Source of the DNA: an uncultured Eubacteriales bacterium
Lineage (GTDB): Bacteria; Acidobacteriota; Aminicenantia; Aminicenantales; Aminicenantaceae
Direction of reading: 5' to 3'
NCBI GenBank assembly: GCA_964624145.1
Contig: CAZUXT010000004.1
Span: forward strand, 31,189-95,188
DNA length: 64,000 nt
A model generated the notes under the pieces. That model ran no database searches. It was given only the letters and a program-made list of their open reading frames with translations, and was not told the origin of the DNA. How positions within the stretch are numbered: position 1 is the first letter of the stretch; each line of letters starts with the position of its first letter. Made by a program: the position numbers and the translations under genes. Shown here in pieces: positions 28,867-38,712 of this stretch.

Positions 28867-31191
28867 TCATTCATAGCGTATCGAATCAGCCGGATTTGCA
28901 AAAGCGGATTTCAATGATTGATATCCGACAGTAAGGAGCGCAATGGTCAAAGCCAAGCCGCCTGAAAGCAAATACACCCACCAGCTGATGCTGATACGGT
29001 AGGCATAGTTCTGCATCCACTGGCTCGCAACATACCAGGCAATGGGCAAGGCAATGACATTTGCCGCCAGTACCCATTTTGTGAAATCCTTAGAAAGCAT
29101 GAGGACAACACTTGAAACAGAAGCACCGAGAACCTTGCGTATTCCGATTTCTTTGGTCCGTCTTCCCGCCATATAACTGGCCAATCCAAAAAGGCCCAAA
29201 CAAGAAATAAATATGGCAAGAAAAGTGAAGTCATTGATGATCCGTCCCATTCTCTGGTCAGTTTGATACTGCCTGTTAAAAATATCATCCAGAAAATCAT
29301 ACTCAAAAGGATAACCAGCCGCAAACTGCTTCCAGGTAGCCTCCATAGCCCGAAGAGCTGACTGGGCTCTTTCCGGATTCGTGCGGACAAAGATATAATT
29401 ATGAGGCCAATTCGTGGTGAGAGTGAACACCACTGGTTTGATTTCATCATGCAGAGAACGGGAATGGAAATCCTTCACAACACCGATGATCCGGCCCTCA
29501 CGCGTCCATATAGAGAAAAGCTTGCCCAAGGGAGATTCAAGTCCTGTAAACCTTACCGCGGCCTCATTAATGACGTAATTCTGTGCATCCGTTGTAAAAT
29601 CACGCGAAAAGCTCCTCCCCTCCGCAAAATCCATTTGAAAGGTCTTAAAATAATCATAATCCACGGCTGTGAAATTTATCACTTCATACTGGTCAGGTCC
29701 TCTCCCTTCCCAGTATACGGGATTGATATTTCCTATGCTTAAAGGGACATTGGAAGCTGAAGTGACGCTCAGAATATCGGAATTCTCTAACAGTGACTGT
29801 TTGAAAGCATCATAATGATTTTGAATCTCCTGATTCATGGGCAGTCTCAAAACATAGCTGCGGTTAAAACCTAAATCCTTATTCCGGATATAATTCATCT
29901 GCCTTTGCAGAACAATGGAGCAGAAAATAAGAACCACCGCAACAGTGAACTGAAAAACCACAAGAACTCTTCTTAATACCGGACTCTTTAAATTCAGTGC
30001 GCCGGACTCCCTCAGCGCTTGTATCGGAGTGAAGGACGAAAATAGAAGAGCCGGATAACTCCCGGAAAAAACACCTGTGAAAAAAGCTACCCCTAAAAGC
30101 GATAAAATCAACGGGACATTATGTGCGGGATCAAAGGTCAACTGTTTTTGAGTCAGATTATTGAAACTCGGCAGAAAAAGGGAAACCATAAGAACGGCCA
30201 GAACAAATGCCATGAATGATATCAACACAGCCTCTCCAAAAAACTGCTTTATAAGATGACTTCTATTGGCTCCGACCACTTTTCTCAGGCCAACTTCCAC
30301 AGCCCGGTTTCCTGATTTTGCTGTGGTGAGATTTATAAAATTTATGCAGGCAACGATCAGGATGATAAAGGCTATGGCAGAAAAGATATAAATATAAAGG
30401 ATGCTCCCTGCATCATTTAATCCGTAAAGGTGCATGCGTGAAACGGGCTGGAGGTCATTGATAACCGTTTTGTTCTCAACCCTTTGATCGTATTTCATGG
30501 TAGTGCCGGAAACTTTCGGCTTCAAATCTTCGAGAGAAATGTTTTCCTCTAACATGACAAAAGCCTCTGTTTCCAGAGCCCAGGTTCTGATCCGCTCCTC
30601 TCCCAGGATTTGAACCGGCACCAGCACATCGAACTGAAGGGTTGAATTGGAAGGAACGTTTTGTATCACTCCGGTTACTTTAAGGTCCATGTTGTTATTG
30701 ACATTCAGGATCTTACCGACAGGATCTTCATTCCCGAAATACTTGTGGGCGGCTTTTTCAGATAATATGATCGAGTCTCTTCCGGACAAGGCCGTATCCG
30801 GATTACCCTGGATGAGGGGGAAAGAAAACATATGGAGAAAGTCCGGATCCACAAATCCAACTTCTTCATAATTGGAAGATTCCTCATATCTCGCTAAGAG
30901 ATTGATCGTCCTAAACCTGGTGGCCCTTACGATCTCCGGAAAATCATCCTTAAGAACATCACTGATAGCCCAGGGACTGGTCGATGTCCATTCTCCCTCA
31001 AGACTGGAGACGACCCTGTAAAGCCGCCCCTCATTGTCATAAAACCGGTCATAACTGGTCTCATCCTGTATCCACAGAAATATGAGGATGCAGCAGGCCA
31101 TTCCCACGGCCAATCCGACAACATTGATAAAAGAATAGACTTTATACTTCTTGATATTCCTAATAGCTGTTTTAATATAGCTTCCCACCAT
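28867..31191 (-). CDS. FtsX-family ABC transporter permease (double FtsX/MacB-like)
   Basis: The N-terminus (MVGSYIKTAIRNIKKYKVYSFINVVGLAVGMAC) and the C-terminus (...NPADSIRYE) are typical. It lies between the two ATPase genes. Confidence 0.85.
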   Translation of the reverse strand: MVGSYIKTAIRNIKKYKVYSFINVVGLAVGMACCILIFLWIQDETSYDRFYDNEGRLYRVVSSLEGEWTSTSPWAISDVLKDDFPEIVRATRFRTINLLARYEESSNYEEVGFVDPDFLHMFSFPLIQGNPDTALSGRDSIILSEKAAHKYFGNEDPVGKILNVNNNMDLKVTGVIQNVPSNSTLQFDVLVPVQILGEERIRTWALETEAFVMLEENISLEDLKPKVSGTTMKYDQRVENKTVINDLQPVSRMHLYGLNDAGSILYIYIFSAIAFIILIVACINFINLTTAKSGNRAVEVGLRKVVGANRSHLIKQFFGEAVLISFMAFVLAVLMVSLFLPSFNNLTQKQLTFDPAHNVPLILSLLGVAFFTGVFSGSYPALLFSSFTPIQALRESGALNLKSPVLRRVLVVFQFTVAVVLIFCSIVLQRQMNYIRNKDLGFNRSYVLRLPMNQEIQNHYDAFKQSLLENSDILSVTSASNVPLSIGNINPVYWEGRGPDQYEVINFTAVDYDYFKTFQMDFAEGRSFSRDFTTDAQNYVINEAAVRFTGLESPLGKLFSIWTREGRIIGVVKDFHSRSLHDEIKPVVFTLTTNWPHNYIFVRTNPERAQSALRAMEATWKQFAAGYPFEYDFLDDIFNRQYQTDQRMGRIINDFTFLAIFISCLGLFGLASYMAGRRTKEIGIRKVLGASVSSVVLMLSKDFTKWVLAANVIALPIAWYVASQWMQNYAYRISISWWVYLLSGGLALTIALLTVGYQSLKSAFANPADSIRYE

Positions 31192-31229
31192 AGTACGCCC
31201 TTTTAATAAAGTAAATAAAGCCTTAACAT

Positions 31230-31448
31230 TTACTTTTGTTGAACTCTGAACAGCACCCCTTTGAGATAACCAGAATCATTGATCTCAGCAATGTATAATC
31301 CTGGCTGCATATGGGCCTTTTTTTTGAGCATGGGTGCTGACAGATTATTCAGAAGGTCACCTGCTTCCCATTTTTTGTTATTGGTATCACACAAAAATAT
31401 TGGCGCGTTCTTTTCTACAAGTTTTTCTAGAATTTCACGGAGAAACAT
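31230..31448 (-). CDS. Hypothetical small protein (72 aa) inside the efflux operon
   Basis: The ATG (MFLREILEKL...) is preceded by a GAGGA site. The ORF-track start is a GTG 18 nt upstream. The C-terminus (GLYIAEINDSGYLKGVLFRVQQK) loosely resembles secretion-tail or beta-strand motifs, but I cannot assign a family. Confidence 0.4.
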   Translation of the reverse strand: MFLREILEKLVEKNAPIFLCDTNNKKWEAGDLLNNLSAPMLKKKAHMQPGLYIAEINDSGYLKGVLFRVQQK

Positions 31449-31502
31449 TTTATCCTCTACAATCACTTAGCCTGACCTATTCCTAAAAAAGGCCGCCAAG
31501 CA

Positions 31503-32192
31503 TCATATCATAAACTCTTCTTGAATATTCTCTGAGACAACGTGACCATCGAAAAGATGGACTGTACGGTTGGCATACTCTGCATAGCTTGGAGAGTGCG
31601 TCACCATTACGATAGTTGTGCCCGCCTCATGAAGCTCGCTCATAATTTTCATGACTTCTTCACCGTGCGCCGAATCCAGATTACCAGTGGGCTCATCAGC
31701 AAGTATCAGTTTAGGCCGGGCTACAACGGCTCTTGCCACTGCCACTCTCTGCTGTTGTCCTCCGGATAACTGCTGGGGAAAGTGATTCTTCCTGGCAATT
31801 ATTTCCATCTGCTCAAGGACTTCACTGACTCTCTTCTTCCGATCCCCAGAAGAATAACCAAGGTATAGGAGGGGCAGTTCCACGTTCTCGAATACGGTCA
31901 GCTCATCGATCAAATTAAAACTCTGGAATACAAAACCGATGTTGGATTTGCGCAGATTTGCACGTTTTCGTTCAGAAAACGAAGAGACTTCAGTGTCAAC
32001 AAAATAATATTTGCCGTCTGTTGGCTTGTCAATCAAGCCCAGTACATTAAGCAGAGTGGATTTTCCGCATCCTGAAGGTCCCATAATCGCCACATATTCT
32101 CCTGCTTTAATATCCAGATTCACATTGTTCAGGGCTGTTGTTTCTACCTCCTCTGTAGTGTACACCTTTTTAAGGTCCTCAGTTTTAATCAT
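31503..32192 (-). CDS. ABC transporter ATP-binding protein (MacB/LolD type), first copy
   Basis: Walker A (GPSGCGKST), signature (LSGGQQQRVAVARA), Walker B (ILADEPT) and an H-loop (VTHS) are present. Confidence 0.9.
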   Translation of the reverse strand: MIKTEDLKKVYTTEEVETTALNNVNLDIKAGEYVAIMGPSGCGKSTLLNVLGLIDKPTDGKYYFVDTEVSSFSERKRANLRKSNIGFVFQSFNLIDELTVFENVELPLLYLGYSSGDRKKRVSEVLEQMEIIARKNHFPQQLSGGQQQRVAVARAVVARPKLILADEPTGNLDSAHGEEVMKIMSELHEAGTTIVMVTHSPSYAEYANRTVHLFDGHVVSENIQEEFMI

Positions 32193-32258
32193 GTTTGTTC
32201 TCCTTACAATAGTTTCCTCTTTTTATATTATATAAGACGTAAACTAACTGCATTTAGT

Positions 32259-33515
32259 TTACTTTAAAACCAATCTTTCCATATCACCAAAACTCTCATA
32301 GGAGGAAGTTATGACTTTTTCTCCGGGCTCCAGCCCTTCAAGGACTTCATAAACATCAGGATTCTGCCTCCCCAGCTTTATTCTCCTCTTCACGGCTATA
32401 TTCTCAGATTCATCCACAACATACACCCAATTTCCTCCGGTGGTCTGATAAAACCCTCCTCTCGGGAGGAGCAACGCTTCAGAAATATCTCCCAGCTCAA
32501 GCCGGATGTGAAGTGTTTGCCCGCGGGTGATTCCTTCAGGCTCTTCATCTACAAATTCCATGTCAACCTCAAAACGTCCCTCTCTGACCTCAGGATATTT
32601 CTTGGTTACCTTAAGTATATATTCTTGACCGGCAAACTCAAATTCGCCCGAACGTCCCTCTTCTACACGAGCTATATAATGCTCATCAATCTGTGCTCTG
32701 ACTTTGAAACCCTCAAAGACATCTATCTGTCCGATGTTTTGACCTGCAGATTTTGACTGACCGATTTCCGCATCCAGAGAGGTGAGATGGCCTGATACGG
32801 GCGCTCTGATAGTCAATTTTTTCAGCCTGTTCTGGATGATCTCCATGTTGCCCTGCATTCGCTCGACCTGACCTTCCAAAGCGTTGACCTGATTTTCTCT
32901 GAATTCCAGATCCTTTTGCTGACTCTCAATGGTCAATCCCCTGCTCTTTTTGAGATACTCATATTGATCTTTTGCCAGCTCGTACTCATGTATTGAAATC
33001 AAATCATCTTCATATAATTTCTCGTAGCGTTCATATGTTCTTTTCTGCTGCTGAAGGTTATTATCGATAGTTGTCAGTTCCTGGCTCAGTTGGAGCCTGT
33101 AGCGTTCCATCTCCAGCCGTGTATTTCGAAGGTTGTTGACCTGCTGGAACAATTCAGCTTCCCTCCACATGCTGTTTATCAACAAATCTGTATTTGCCAG
33201 CTTTAATATCCTATCTCCCTTTTCCAGAACATTTCCCGCTTTAATATAGATCTCCTCCACTGTTCCACCTTCTTCCGCACTTAAATAGAACTGATATTTA
33301 GGAAGAACATTACCCATAATGGGAATGAATTCCTGGAACGGCCCTCTGCTGACCGTTGAAACCGTCAGTCTCTCGGCTTTTACATTTAAGGATGATTTAC
33401 TCACTCCAAATATGAGCATATAAACAACCACAATGACAAACAATCCCGCAGACGCAAAAGTTGCGATTTTTTTTAGGGTCCACTTCTTTTTTTTGATTTT
33501 TTTGTCCATACTCAT
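32259..33515 (-). CDS. HlyD-family periplasmic adaptor (MacA-like membrane fusion protein)
   Basis: It has an N-terminal transmembrane anchor, a long coiled-coil, and beta-barrel/lipoyl-like domains. The start is taken at MSMDKK, with an AGGAGA Shine-Dalgarno site. The ORF-track start 15 nt upstream is also possible. Confidence 0.85.
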   Translation of the reverse strand: MSMDKKIKKKKWTLKKIATFASAGLFVIVVVYMLIFGVSKSSLNVKAERLTVSTVSRGPFQEFIPIMGNVLPKYQFYLSAEEGGTVEEIYIKAGNVLEKGDRILKLANTDLLINSMWREAELFQQVNNLRNTRLEMERYRLQLSQELTTIDNNLQQQKRTYERYEKLYEDDLISIHEYELAKDQYEYLKKSRGLTIESQQKDLEFRENQVNALEGQVERMQGNMEIIQNRLKKLTIRAPVSGHLTSLDAEIGQSKSAGQNIGQIDVFEGFKVRAQIDEHYIARVEEGRSGEFEFAGQEYILKVTKKYPEVREGRFEVDMEFVDEEPEGITRGQTLHIRLELGDISEALLLPRGGFYQTTGGNWVYVVDESENIAVKRRIKLGRQNPDVYEVLEGLEPGEKVITSSYESFGDMERLVLK

Positions 33516-33649
33516 TTTAGATCTCCTCACTTAGACTCTTCATAAAAAAGGTTGATGCGGGTGGTAAAACAAAAAGCTTTTGTGAATAATCAGGATTCAT
33601 CATTTTCAACTTTTTCTGTAACATGTTCATCTCACTCAACGAATTGTTC

Positions 33650-33665
33650 TGCAATAATTGTGCCA
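33650..33665 (-). promoter_or_regulatory. Sigma-54 (-24/-12) promoter, TGGCAC-N5-TTGCA, reading toward the HlyD-family gene
   Basis: The plus strand at 33650-33665 reads TGCAATAATTGTGCCA, so the minus strand reads TGGCACAATTATTGCA. This is an exact match to the sigma-54 consensus and lies about 135 nt upstream of the HlyD-family start. Confidence 0.7.
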
Positions 33666-33718
33666 TATTTGATTCTCAGGGAAAATCTATTAAAAAATGG
33701 TTTCATCTTCGACAAAAG

Positions 33719-33759
33719 TGTTCATTGAAGAACAAATACTGTTCAAAATCGAACAGTTC
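33719..33759. promoter_or_regulatory. Putative enhancer (UAS): three overlapping TGTTC-N5/6-GAACA palindromes
   Basis: TGTTC is at 33719-23, GAACA at 33730-34, TGTTC at 33740-44 and GAACA at 33751-55. These lie 54-94 bp upstream of the -24 element, next to the divergent NtrC-type activator gene. Confidence 0.5.
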
Positions 33760-33883
33760 GTGTATAATACATCCTTATTCATGTGTCATTCAGCCTGGGA
33801 AAAAAAGAAACAGAAAGGCACATATCTTGCATCTACTTATAAAAAAGAAAACCAATAACAAAAAATAGGATGGAGATGCGAAT

Positions 33884-35260
33884 ATGAAAAAAAAATCAGG
33901 AAAAATTCTTGTCATAGATGATGATGAAGATATTCTTCAGGCAGCCCGTCTTCTTCTGAAACAACACGTTAGTCAGGTACATACTGAAAAAACACCCGGC
34001 TCGATTCCCACGCTCCTAAAAAACGACAGTTATGATGTCATTTTCCTGGACATGAACTTTGCCAAAGGTGCAACCAGCGGAGAAGAAGGATTCCATTGGC
34101 TCGATAAAATTCTAGAATTGGATCCCAGTGCTGTCATAGTCCTGATAACAGCCTATGGAGATGTGGAAATGGCAGTAAAAGCGATCAAAGAAGGTGCCAC
34201 TGATTTCATACTCAAGCCCTGGCAGAACGAGAGATTGATTGCTACCCTTTCCGCGGCTATGAATTTAAGGAAAAGCCGCACAGAAGCAAAAAGCCTCCGC
34301 TCCAAACAAAAACAGCTCAGTCAGGACTTAGACCAGCCTTTTCATGAATTCATAGGTAAAAGCCCTGCCATTCAAAACGTTTTTTCTGACATACAAAAGC
34401 TTGCCCAAACAGATGCCAATGTTTTGATACTGGGTGAGAACGGCACAGGAAAAGAATTGGTCGCAAGGGAACTCCACCGCCAGTCTTCAAGAGAGGGAGA
34501 AATTTTCATCAGCGTGGACATGGGAGCATTGAGTGAAACCCTTTTTGAGAGTGAACTTTTCGGCCACACTAAAGGAGCTTTTACAGACGCAAAAGAGGAC
34601 CGTGCAGGACGATTCGAGATAGCGTCGGGAGGAACTCTATTTCTGGACGAAATCGGAAATCTGCCTCTGACCCTCCAGGCCAAACTGCTCACGGTCATTG
34701 AAAACAGGAAAGTAACCCGGCTCGGTTCCAATAAGGTCATTGAAATAGATGTGCGTCTCATATGCGCTACGAACATGAATATACATGAAATGGTCACTAA
34801 TGATAAATTCAGACAAGACCTGCTCTATCGAATAAATACAGTGGAAATAAGGATTCCTCCTTTAAGTGAAAGGATTGAGGACATCCCCCTTTTAGCAGAA
34901 CATTTTCTCAACATTTATTCCAAAAAATACAACAAACCCATAAGTAAAATCAGTCCCTCCACAATGAAACGCCTTGAAAAGTACAAATGGCCGGGAAATG
35001 TTAGAGAACTCCAGCATGCTTTGGAAAGATCTGTGATAATGAGTGAATCCCGCACTTTACAGCCTTCGGACTTTTTCTTTTCTACTTCGGAATCAAAAGG
35101 GAACTCTCTGGCATATAAAGACTTTAATCTATCCGGTCTTGAAAAACTGGCCATACGTAAGGCTTTAGATAAACACAACGGAAATATATCCAATACAGCC
35201 AAGGAACTGGGTATATCAAGAGCTTCCCTTTACAGAAGAATGGAGAAATATGGCTTATAA
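33884..35260 (+). CDS. Sigma-54-dependent response regulator (NtrC/Fis family enhancer-binding protein)
   Basis: It has a receiver domain ([11 protein letters not shown]...D55), an AAA+ sigma-54 interaction domain ([21 protein letters not shown]) and a C-terminal Fis-type HTH. Confidence 0.9.
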   Translation: MKKKSGKILVIDDDEDILQAARLLLKQHVSQVHTEKTPGSIPTLLKNDSYDVIFLDMNFAKGATSGEEGFHWLDKILELDPSAVIVLITAYGDVEMAVKAIKEGATDFILKPWQNERLIATLSAAMNLRKSRTEAKSLRSKQKQLSQDLDQPFHEFIGKSPAIQNVFSDIQKLAQTDANVLILGENGTGKELVARELHRQSSREGEIFISVDMGALSETLFESELFGHTKGAFTDAKEDRAGRFEIASGGTLFLDEIGNLPLTLQAKLLTVIENRKVTRLGSNKVIEIDVRLICATNMNIHEMVTNDKFRQDLLYRINTVEIRIPPLSERIEDIPLLAEHFLNIYSKKYNKPISKISPSTMKRLEKYKWPGNVRELQHALERSVIMSESRTLQPSDFFFSTSESKGNSLAYKDFNLSGLEKLAIRKALDKHNGNISNTAKELGISRASLYRRMEKYGL

Positions 35261-36572
35261 AAATTTCAGAATCAACTGCTTCATCCGCATTTTAGTACTT
35301 GCGCTGACCATCCTTGCCTTTTTTCTCATCATGACTCATACCTCTTTATACAGTGCTTTGATCATAATCGGAGCTGCCATTATCTATCAAACCTATGCTT
35401 TAATCCATTATGTCGAAAAAACAAACAGGGATTTAACCCGTTTTTTCGAATCGATAAAATACAGCGACTTCTCCCAATCCTTTAAAGATTACGGAAGGGG
35501 AAAATCATTTGATTCGTTGAAAAATTCTTTTTCTGAAGTCATAGAGGCTTTCAGAAAGACAAGAGCGGAAAAAGAGGAACAAGCCCGTTATCTGCAGACA
35601 GTTGTCAAACACATAGGAGTCGGACTGATCGTTTTTCAACCAAATGGAGAGGTTGAACTTATAAACAAAGCGGCAAAGCAGCTTCTCGGAATCAACCAGC
35701 TCAAAAACATAAAATCTCTTAGCTCTAAAAAACTCGTCAAAGAACTTTTAAAGCTCCAACCAAGAGAAAAAGCCACTGTAAAGGTCGAAATCGACAATGA
35801 AGTCCTGCATCTCTCTCTCTATGGAACGGAATTCAAACTCGGAGGTAACAAATATTCCCTTATATCCTTACAAAACATCCACAGTGAGTTGGAGGAGACT
35901 GAAATAGAAGCATGGCAGAAGCTTATAAGAGTCCTCACTCATGAAATCATGAATTCTGTAACTCCCATATCCTCACTGGCTTCCACAATCCATGGTCTGG
36001 TAAATGAAAACATGATTTCTGAATCTCTCACCGATGTCAAGGATGCGGCCCAGACTATAAAGAAAAGAAGCCAAGGGCTGATGCATTTTGTGGATGCTTA
36101 CAGAAATTTAACATTGATAAAAAAACCGCATTTTGAAATATTTCCGATCAAAGAACTTTTCAACAGAATTGAAAAACTGATGCAGGCAGATTTTAAAGCA
36201 AAGAAGATAAAGCTTAAAATCAAGATTAAACCCGAGACTCTCGAACTCACTGCGGACACAGAACTCCTGGAGCAGGTACTGATAAATCTTCTGCTTAATG
36301 CTCAACAGGCAGTGGAAGGCCGCAAAAAAGCAGAAGTCACTCTGGACGCAAGGCTGGACAAACGGGGAAAAATCATCATTGAAGTCAAAGATAACGGACC
36401 CGGTATTCCTAAAGACAATCTTGAGAAAATATTCATACCATTCTTCTCAACCAAAAAAGGGGGCTCGGGAATAGGTCTGAGCCTTTCCAGGCAGATCATG
36501 CGTCTCCATAAAGGCTCTATAGGAGTGCATTCAAATCCTGATACAGAAACATCCATCATCCTCAGCTTCTAG
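35250..36572 (+). CDS. Sensor histidine kinase (partner of the NtrC-type regulator)
   Basis: It overlaps the response-regulator stop by 11 nt. It has two N-terminal transmembrane helices with no periplasmic loop, an H-box ([12 protein letters not shown]) and HATPase_c motifs (DNGPGIP...GGSGIGLSL). Confidence 0.85.
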   Translation: MAYKNFRINCFIRILVLALTILAFFLIMTHTSLYSALIIIGAAIIYQTYALIHYVEKTNRDLTRFFESIKYSDFSQSFKDYGRGKSFDSLKNSFSEVIEAFRKTRAEKEEQARYLQTVVKHIGVGLIVFQPNGEVELINKAAKQLLGINQLKNIKSLSSKKLVKELLKLQPREKATVKVEIDNEVLHLSLYGTEFKLGGNKYSLISLQNIHSELEETEIEAWQKLIRVLTHEIMNSVTPISSLASTIHGLVNENMISESLTDVKDAAQTIKKRSQGLMHFVDAYRNLTLIKKPHFEIFPIKELFNRIEKLMQADFKAKKIKLKIKIKPETLELTADTELLEQVLINLLLNAQQAVEGRKKAEVTLDARLDKRGKIIIEVKDNGPGIPKDNLEKIFIPFFSTKKGGSGIGLSLSRQIMRLHKGSIGVHSNPDTETSIILSF

Positions 36573-36609
36573 AAAAAAAAGAATGATGGATGCTTCCTAT
36601 CCTTTTCTC

Positions 36610-38517
36610 TTATTTTTTGCCGGAGCTTTTGCTTCCTGAAGTTGACGTTGCTGAGCCGGATTTATTCGAAGATCTTGACCCTGAACGCGAGGCACTGCCG
36701 GAACCGGACTTTCCTCCTCCGCTTCCCGCTGCGGAATAGAAACTGTTTCCAGAACTGATTTTGCTCATTGGTGAAATACGAACATTCCCGGAAGAAAGCC
36801 GCAGCTCAGGACAACTGATCTCATTTCTGCTCCCTGAATAAATTATGGATACCCCCATCTCACGAGCCGCTTTTATGTCAGGATTCCAGTCTCTGAATCT
36901 CATTTGAGCTGCTTCATTGCCAGAAGCAGCAGCGCCTTTGGTGGGAAACCCGGCAGCTGTTTTTGTCAAAGAATTTTTTGTATAGGCTCCTCTCTCCTGA
37001 TCAATTGGATTGCTTTCTGTCTCAGGGCTTTTTATAGCTCTATAAGCGTCAACTATTTTTGTGTTGAGTTCTTGTTGAGAAAGTTGAGAAAAGGTTTCCC
37101 CGTCACCTCTGCTGAATTCATCCAAACCTATGATTTTATTTTGTATATCAGGGGATGTGATCCATTCGTGCTTGACAAATGAGGCGCTGTCTCTTATATG
37201 AAAGTAGGATGAGAGAAAACCATTCTCACCTCTTCTTGCTGCTTTGAGTATATTCTTAAATGCCTTCTTCAAGGCTCCTGTTAAAACGAATTGGGGATTG
37301 CTTTTTCGGCTCAGGTTCTGCAGACTGACATTGGGCAGACCTCCCCCCAAATCTTCCTTATCCGGCATCCATGAATCATCCATAAAGGACCAATCCAACC
37401 AGTCCAGAAAAGTCCAGGGCCTCCAGGAAAAATAGCCTGTCAGCATACTGGGCTGAATTAAATAATCCCAGTAAACCCATGCCGGAGAAAAGGCAGAACC
37501 AGGGATCCAGAGCCATCCTTTTTTCTCATGCCAGACCCAGATCCCAAGATGGTAAGGAGCCCACCCCCAGGGTTCCTCAGGGATCCAGAACATGTGACCG
37601 TTCACTGCGGTCCACTGCCCGTAGTAGTAGGGCTGCCAGCCCCCCGGATAGTATCGATAATGAAAAGGACTCCATACATATCCGTAAAAATCATCCCACA
37701 GCCATTCTCCATACGTGGTTGAATACTTTTCCGCAAAATATATGACTGCATCCGGGTACCTGTACACAGGCTTGGGCAGAGGGCTTTTTCCTTCATGAAG
37801 CTCTTCAAAGTTCTTATTTATTTTTTTGTTCCAGAGCACAAAATCAGAACTCTGAGTCTCATCCAAATAATCGAGTTTATGCTCTTTCCTGACCCTGACC
37901 ATCTGTGCTTCTTTTATCTTTTCCTGTTTCAGGTTGTCCTCATCAGGTCCGTACAAAACAAAAGCTCTCCCCTGCAATACTTTTATATCCGTGCTGCCGT
38001 CTTCATTCAGGGTTATCACTGCCACTGAATTCTGATCCATATTCAAAGCGGCGTTGGGAGTCATGACCTGGAATAACTCCTGAATCATATAGCTCTTGTA
38101 CATCACATAAACCTGCCCTTTTTCAAGAACGAGATTTGTTAACTTATTCCGAGAGCTGAGAGTCTGCGCAAGGATGGTCTCTATTCTTACCTGTGTATTT
38201 TCTTCCAGTCTGAGGATAATCCCCGTGTCAAACTGCACTTCGCATCTTCCGTCACTGTCTGTTCGAACAGTATTTCCCGGGGCAACAGGAAAGTTCAAAA
38301 CCGCATATTCAGGGCCAATCTGGTCTTCCTTGTAAACAATAGGCTGGGATTTATCATTTTCGATATAACTTATATGTCCGAAATAGACATCCAGGCCCTG
38401 CTTTATGGCATATCTGTATTGAGTGTTGGAAAAAGCTGAAGTTGAAAGGGCGACAAACAAAGCCAATGACACGAAGATAACACTTATTTTTCTGCAAAAA
38501 TATTTTTCTCTTTTCAT
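36610..38517 (-). CDS. Secreted FecR-domain protein with a Trp/Tyr-rich central region and a Ser/Gly-rich C-terminal tail
   Basis: It has a signal peptide and a FecR-like N-terminal beta-sandwich (NFPVAPGNTVRTDSDGRCEVQFDTGIILRLEENTQV). The central region has extreme W/Y density (WVWSPFHYRYYPGGWQPYYYGQW...). The tail is low-complexity (SGSGSASRSGSRSSNKSGS). Confidence 0.6.
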   Translation of the reverse strand: MKREKYFCRKISVIFVSLALFVALSTSAFSNTQYRYAIKQGLDVYFGHISYIENDKSQPIVYKEDQIGPEYAVLNFPVAPGNTVRTDSDGRCEVQFDTGIILRLEENTQVRIETILAQTLSSRNKLTNLVLEKGQVYVMYKSYMIQELFQVMTPNAALNMDQNSVAVITLNEDGSTDIKVLQGRAFVLYGPDEDNLKQEKIKEAQMVRVRKEHKLDYLDETQSSDFVLWNKKINKNFEELHEGKSPLPKPVYRYPDAVIYFAEKYSTTYGEWLWDDFYGYVWSPFHYRYYPGGWQPYYYGQWTAVNGHMFWIPEEPWGWAPYHLGIWVWHEKKGWLWIPGSAFSPAWVYWDYLIQPSMLTGYFSWRPWTFLDWLDWSFMDDSWMPDKEDLGGGLPNVSLQNLSRKSNPQFVLTGALKKAFKNILKAARRGENGFLSSYFHIRDSASFVKHEWITSPDIQNKIIGLDEFSRGDGETFSQLSQQELNTKIVDAYRAIKSPETESNPIDQERGAYTKNSLTKTAAGFPTKGAAASGNEAAQMRFRDWNPDIKAAREMGVSIIYSGSRNEISCPELRLSSGNVRISPMSKISSGNSFYSAAGSGGGKSGSGSASRSGSRSSNKSGSATSTSGSKSSGKK

Positions 38518-38712
38518 GCTGATACTCCTTTTTCTTTGCTTGCCATCTAGAAATGCAAATAATATGCCAAAATAAATCTAAGGCATAACAGGAGGAAACC
38601 GGGTGAGGAGAGTGACCTATTTTGAATGCAGTTGACCGTTTTCTGGTACAACCAAGATACACACAGAATCCTTGAATATATGAGCTAAATCTTATATAGT
38701 CTGGATTATTCA

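Noticed and set aside
33623-33868. 81-aa plus-strand ORF in the regulator/efflux intergenic region
   Set aside because: It spans the sigma-54 promoter and UAS, has low-complexity Lys/Cys-rich content, and has no ribosome-binding site. It is spurious.
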